Origin: the human T2T-CHM13v2.0 reference genome, Homo sapiens
Length of the DNA: 64,000 nucleotides
Direction: 5' to 3' (one strand)
Assembly (NCBI RefSeq): GCF_009914755.1
Contig: NC_060937.1
The position numbers were made by a program, and so were the translations under genes. Positions 59,833 to 64,000 of this stretch are shown piece by piece. Below the pieces are notes generated by a model. The model searched no databases. It saw only the letters and a program-made list of their open reading frames with translations, and had not been told where the DNA came from. The first letter of the stretch is position 1, and each line of letters starts with the position of its first letter.

Positions 59833-61296
59833 AAACATTCTTCGAAGTGAATGATTATAGTGACATAACCTATCAAAACCTCTGGGATACAGCAAAAGCA
59901 ATGCTAAGAGGAAATTTCATATCCTTAAATGCCTACATTGAAGAGTCCGAATGAGCACAAATAGACAATCTAAGGTCACACCTCAAGGAACTAGAGAAAC
60001 AAGAACAAACCAAACACAAACCCAGCAGAGAAAATAAATACAAAAATCAGAGCAGAACTAAATAAAATTGAAACAAAAAAATGCAACAGATAAATGAAAC
60101 AAAAAGGTGGTTATTTGAAAACATAAACAAAATAGAACATTAATGAGGTTTTTCAATAAAAGAAGAGAGAGTTTATAAACAAGAGAGAGTTTATAAAATA
60201 AGAGAGAGTTTATTTATAAAATAAACTCAATTTTATAAACAAAATAGGAGATACTACAAATAATACTGGAAAAATAGAAAAGATCATTCAAAGGTACTGT
60301 GAGCCTCTTTATGTGCACAAACTAGGAAACCTAGAGGAGATGGATAAATTTCTCAAAGTATACAGAAATTCCTGGAAACCCTCTGGATTAAACCAGGAAG
60401 AAATAGAAACTCTGAACAGACCAATAACACGTAGTGGGATTGAAACAGTACCTAAAAAATTGCCAAGAAAAAAATGTCCAGAACGATATAAATTCACAGC
60501 TGAATTCTATCATTCAAAGAAGAATTGGTAGCAATCCTGCTGAAAATATTTCAAGAGATAGAGAAAGATGGAAGTCTCCATAAATCATTCTATGAACTCA
60601 GTATTACCCTGATACCAAAAACAGGAAAGAACATAACAAAAATACTACAGACCAATATCTCTGATAAACATGGATGTAAAAATCCTCAACAAAATACTAG
60701 AAAACCAAATCCAGCAGCATATAAAAAATATAATACACCATTATCAAGTGGGTTTCATACCATGGATGTGGAATTGGATTAACATATGCAAGCCAGTAAA
60801 TGCAATACACCACATAAACAGAGTTAAAAGCAAAAATTATGTGATCATCTCAACAGATGAAGAAAAAGCATTTGACAAAATTCAGCCTCGCTTTATGATT
60901 AGAACCCTTAGCAAATTAGCATAGAAGGGACACGCTTTAAGGTAATAAAAGCCATCTATGACAAACTCACCACCAACAGAATACTGAACGGAAATAAGTT
61001 GAAAGCATTCCCCCTAAGAAGTGGAACAAGACAGGGATGCTCAATTTTACCACTTCTATTCAACATAGTATTAGAAGTTTTAGCCAGACCAATCAGAAAG
61101 GAGAAAGAAATAAAGAGCATCTAAACTGGTAAAAAGGAAGTCAAACTGTTGCTATTCACCGTAATATGATGGAATACCTAAAAAACCCTAAAGACTCCTC
61201 CAAAAAGCTCTTACATCTGATTAGCACCACTATACAGCAACAGCGATCAAGCTCAGAATAAAATCAAGAACTCAACCCCTTTTACAACATCTGCAA

Positions 61297-61331
<35 letters not shown>

Positions 61332-61334
61332 AAT
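61297..61334. repeat. (TAAA)n microsatellite inside L1PB ORF2
   Basis: Read directly. Confidence 0.9.
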
Positions 61335-62986
61335 AGGAATATACCTAAGTAAGAGGTAAAATAACTCTACAAGGAAAATTACAAAAGACTGCTAAAATAA
61401 ATCATAGATGACACAAACAAATGGAAACATATTCCATGCTCATGGATGGGTAGAATCAATATCATGAAAATGACCATACTGCCAAAAGCAATTTATAAAT
61501 TCAATGCAACACCTATCAAAATACCATCATAATTATTCACAAAATTAAAAAACAATCCTAAAATTCATGTGGAACCAACAAAGAGCCCATGTAGCCAAAG
61601 CAAGACTAAGCAAAAAGAGCAAATCTAGAGGCATCACATTACTTAACTTCAAACCTTACTACAAGGCCATAGTTAACAAAACAGCATTGTACTGGTATGA
61701 AAACACACATGTAGATCATTGGAACAGAATAGAGAACCCAGAAATAAAGCCAAATACTTACAGCAAACTGATCATTTACAAAGCAAACAAAAACAGAGTT
61801 AGGAAAGGACACCCTATTCAACAAATGCTGCTGGGATAATTGGCAAGCCACATGTAGGAGAATAAAACTGGATCCTTATCTCTCACCTGTACAAAAATCA
61901 ATTCATGATAGATCAAAGATTTAAATCTGAGACCTAAAGCCATATAAATTCTACAAGATATCATTGGGAAAACCCCTCTAGACATTGGCCTAGCAAAGAG
62001 TTCATGATGAAGAACCCAAAAGCAAATGCAACAAAAACAAAGATAAATAGATGGGACATAATAAATAAAGAGCTTCTGCAGAGCAAAAGAAATAATCAGT
62101 AGAGTAAAGAGAGTGGGAGAAAATATTCACAAACTATGCATTTGATCAAGTACTAATATCCAGAATCTACAAGTACTCAAATCAGCAAGGAAAAAAAATA
62201 AATAAATAATTGCATCAGAAAGTGGCCTAAGGTCATGAATAGGTAATTCCCAAAAAAAGATATACAAATGGCCAAAAAACATACAAAAAAAGTTCATCAT
62301 CACTAATGATCAGGGAAATGCAAATTAAAACCACAATAAGATACAATCTTACTCCTACATGAATTGCAGTAGTAAAAAATTTAAAAAATCATAGATGTTT
62401 GTGTGGATGTGGTGAAAAGGGAACACTTTTACACTGCTGGTGGTAATGTAAATGAGAACAAGCACTACGGAAAACAGTGTGGAGATTCCTTAAATAAGTA
62501 AAAGTGGATCTACAATTTGATCCAGTATTCCCACTACTTGGTATCTACCCAGAGGAAAAGAAGCCATTATATAAAAAAATACTAGCACATGCATGTGTAT
62601 AACAGTACAATTTTCAATTGCAAAAATATGGGTCCAGGCTAAATTCCCATCGACCAATGAGTGAATACATAAATATACAACAGAATACTACCTGCCGTAA
62701 AAGGGAATGAAATAATTGCATTCAGAGCAACCTGGATGTAGTTGGAGATGATTATTCTAAGTGAAGTAATTCAGGATTGGAAAACCAAACATCGGATGTT
62801 CTCACTTATAAGTGGGAGCTAAGCTATGAAGACACGAAGGTATAAGAATGATATAATGGACTCTGGGGATTCTGGGAGAAGAATGGGAGGGGAGTGAAGG
62901 ATAAAAGACAACACATTGGGTACAGAGTATGCTGCTTGGGTGATGGGCGCACTAAAATCTCAGAAATCACCACTAAACCACCACTA

Positions 62987-63693
62987 AGGCAATCTGCAGA
63001 TTCAACGCAATCCTTATCAAAATACCAATGACGTTCTTCACAGAAATAGAAAAAAACTATTCTAAAATGTATATGGAATCACCAAAAACCCAGAAAAACC
63101 AAAGCTATCCTGAGCAAAAGAATGAAAATGGAGGAATTGCTTTACCTGACTAAATTATACTACAAAGCTATTGGATACTAATCAGCAATAATTAAGAATG
63201 AGATCCTGTCATTTGCAAAAACATGGATGGACCTGGAGGTTATTATGTTAAGCGAAATAAATCAGACACACAAAGACAAACTTTGCATGTTCTCACTTAC
63301 TTGTGGGATGTAAAAAATCAAAACAATTAAACCCATTTTGATCAAGAGTAGGTTGGTTACCAGAGAGACTGCAAAGGGTAGTGGAGGGTGGGAGGAAAGT
63401 GGTGATAGTTAATGGGTGCAAAATTAAAATAGTTAGAATTAATGAATAAGACCTAATATTTGATGGCACGATGGGGTGATTATAGTCAAGAATAATTTAA
63501 TTGTACATTTAAAAATTACTAAAATAATATAATTGTATTGTTTGTAACACAAAGTATAAATGCTTGAGGGGCTGAATACCCCATTGTCCATGATGTGATT
63601 ATTATGCATTGCATGCCTGTATCAGGGTGTGTCATATATCCCATTAATATATACACCTACTATGTACCCACAATAATTAAAAATAAAATAAAA
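62987..63693 (+). mobile_element. L1MA2-like host: short ORF2 piece joined to 3' UTR and A tail
   Basis: GCAATCTGCAGATTCAACGCAATCC (AIxRFNAI) then jump to 3' UTR ATAAATGCTTGAGGGG..TACACCTACTATGTACCCAC AATAATTAAAAATAAAA. Confidence 0.85.
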
Positions 63694-64000
63694 CTGAAAA
63701 AGTTTTTCTTTCAATGTAAGAAGTAATGCCTCTTGTCCATTATAAAAATGCATAGATAAAATAATATTTTAATGTATAGGTTATTCAGGAAGACACACTA
63801 ATAAACATTATGGTAGAAATTTTAACAGATTAGTGAATCACTGCAGGAATTGAAGAAGTGTCCTACAAGTTTGTTTCTCAATAAATTTTACAGATATGAT
63901 TTTTTAAGATAGCAATTTGGTTTAATTGTTGATGAAATGTTATTGGTAAAACATTTTTTCATAATATTTTACAAATGCATTTTAGATTCCAGTTGCATAT

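Overview
This is AT-rich simian primate genomic DNA, probably human or ape given the AluS and L1PA3/4/5-type elements. I recognise no host protein-coding exon, RNA gene or CpG island, so it looks like intergenic or deep intronic sequence. Essentially every ORF in the track with a recognisable product is a decayed L1 ORF1/ORF2 fragment or an Alu/microsatellite frame; the rest look like chance frames. Roughly half the window is L1, in three blocks. (1) At 0.3-5.6 kb, an old L1MC contains a 5'-inverted L1PA15/16-like insert. (2) At 34.7-41.4 kb, a full-length, inactivated L1PA4/5 on the minus strand carries a nested antisense L1 3' end and an ORF0-like antisense ORF. (3) At 50-63.7 kb, a 5'-complete but internally deleted L1MA2-like element hosts two L1PB copies and two Alus. 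Also present are eight Alus in total, THE1D and MLT2A2 solo LTRs, L2/MIR relics, two MADE1 (Hsmar1) MITEs (one split by an L1PA3) and several microsatellites. I see no clear new biological system. The best leads are: an ORF0 with a strengthened splice donor and in-frame flanking acceptors; an orphan polyadenylated retro-insertion made of antisense old L1; a nested L1 sharing apparently private variants with its host; a 49-bp templated insertion in a TA tract; and a gene-conversion tract between two L1PBs. Subfamily calls and consensus comparisons are from memory and need RepeatMasker/Dfam confirmation.
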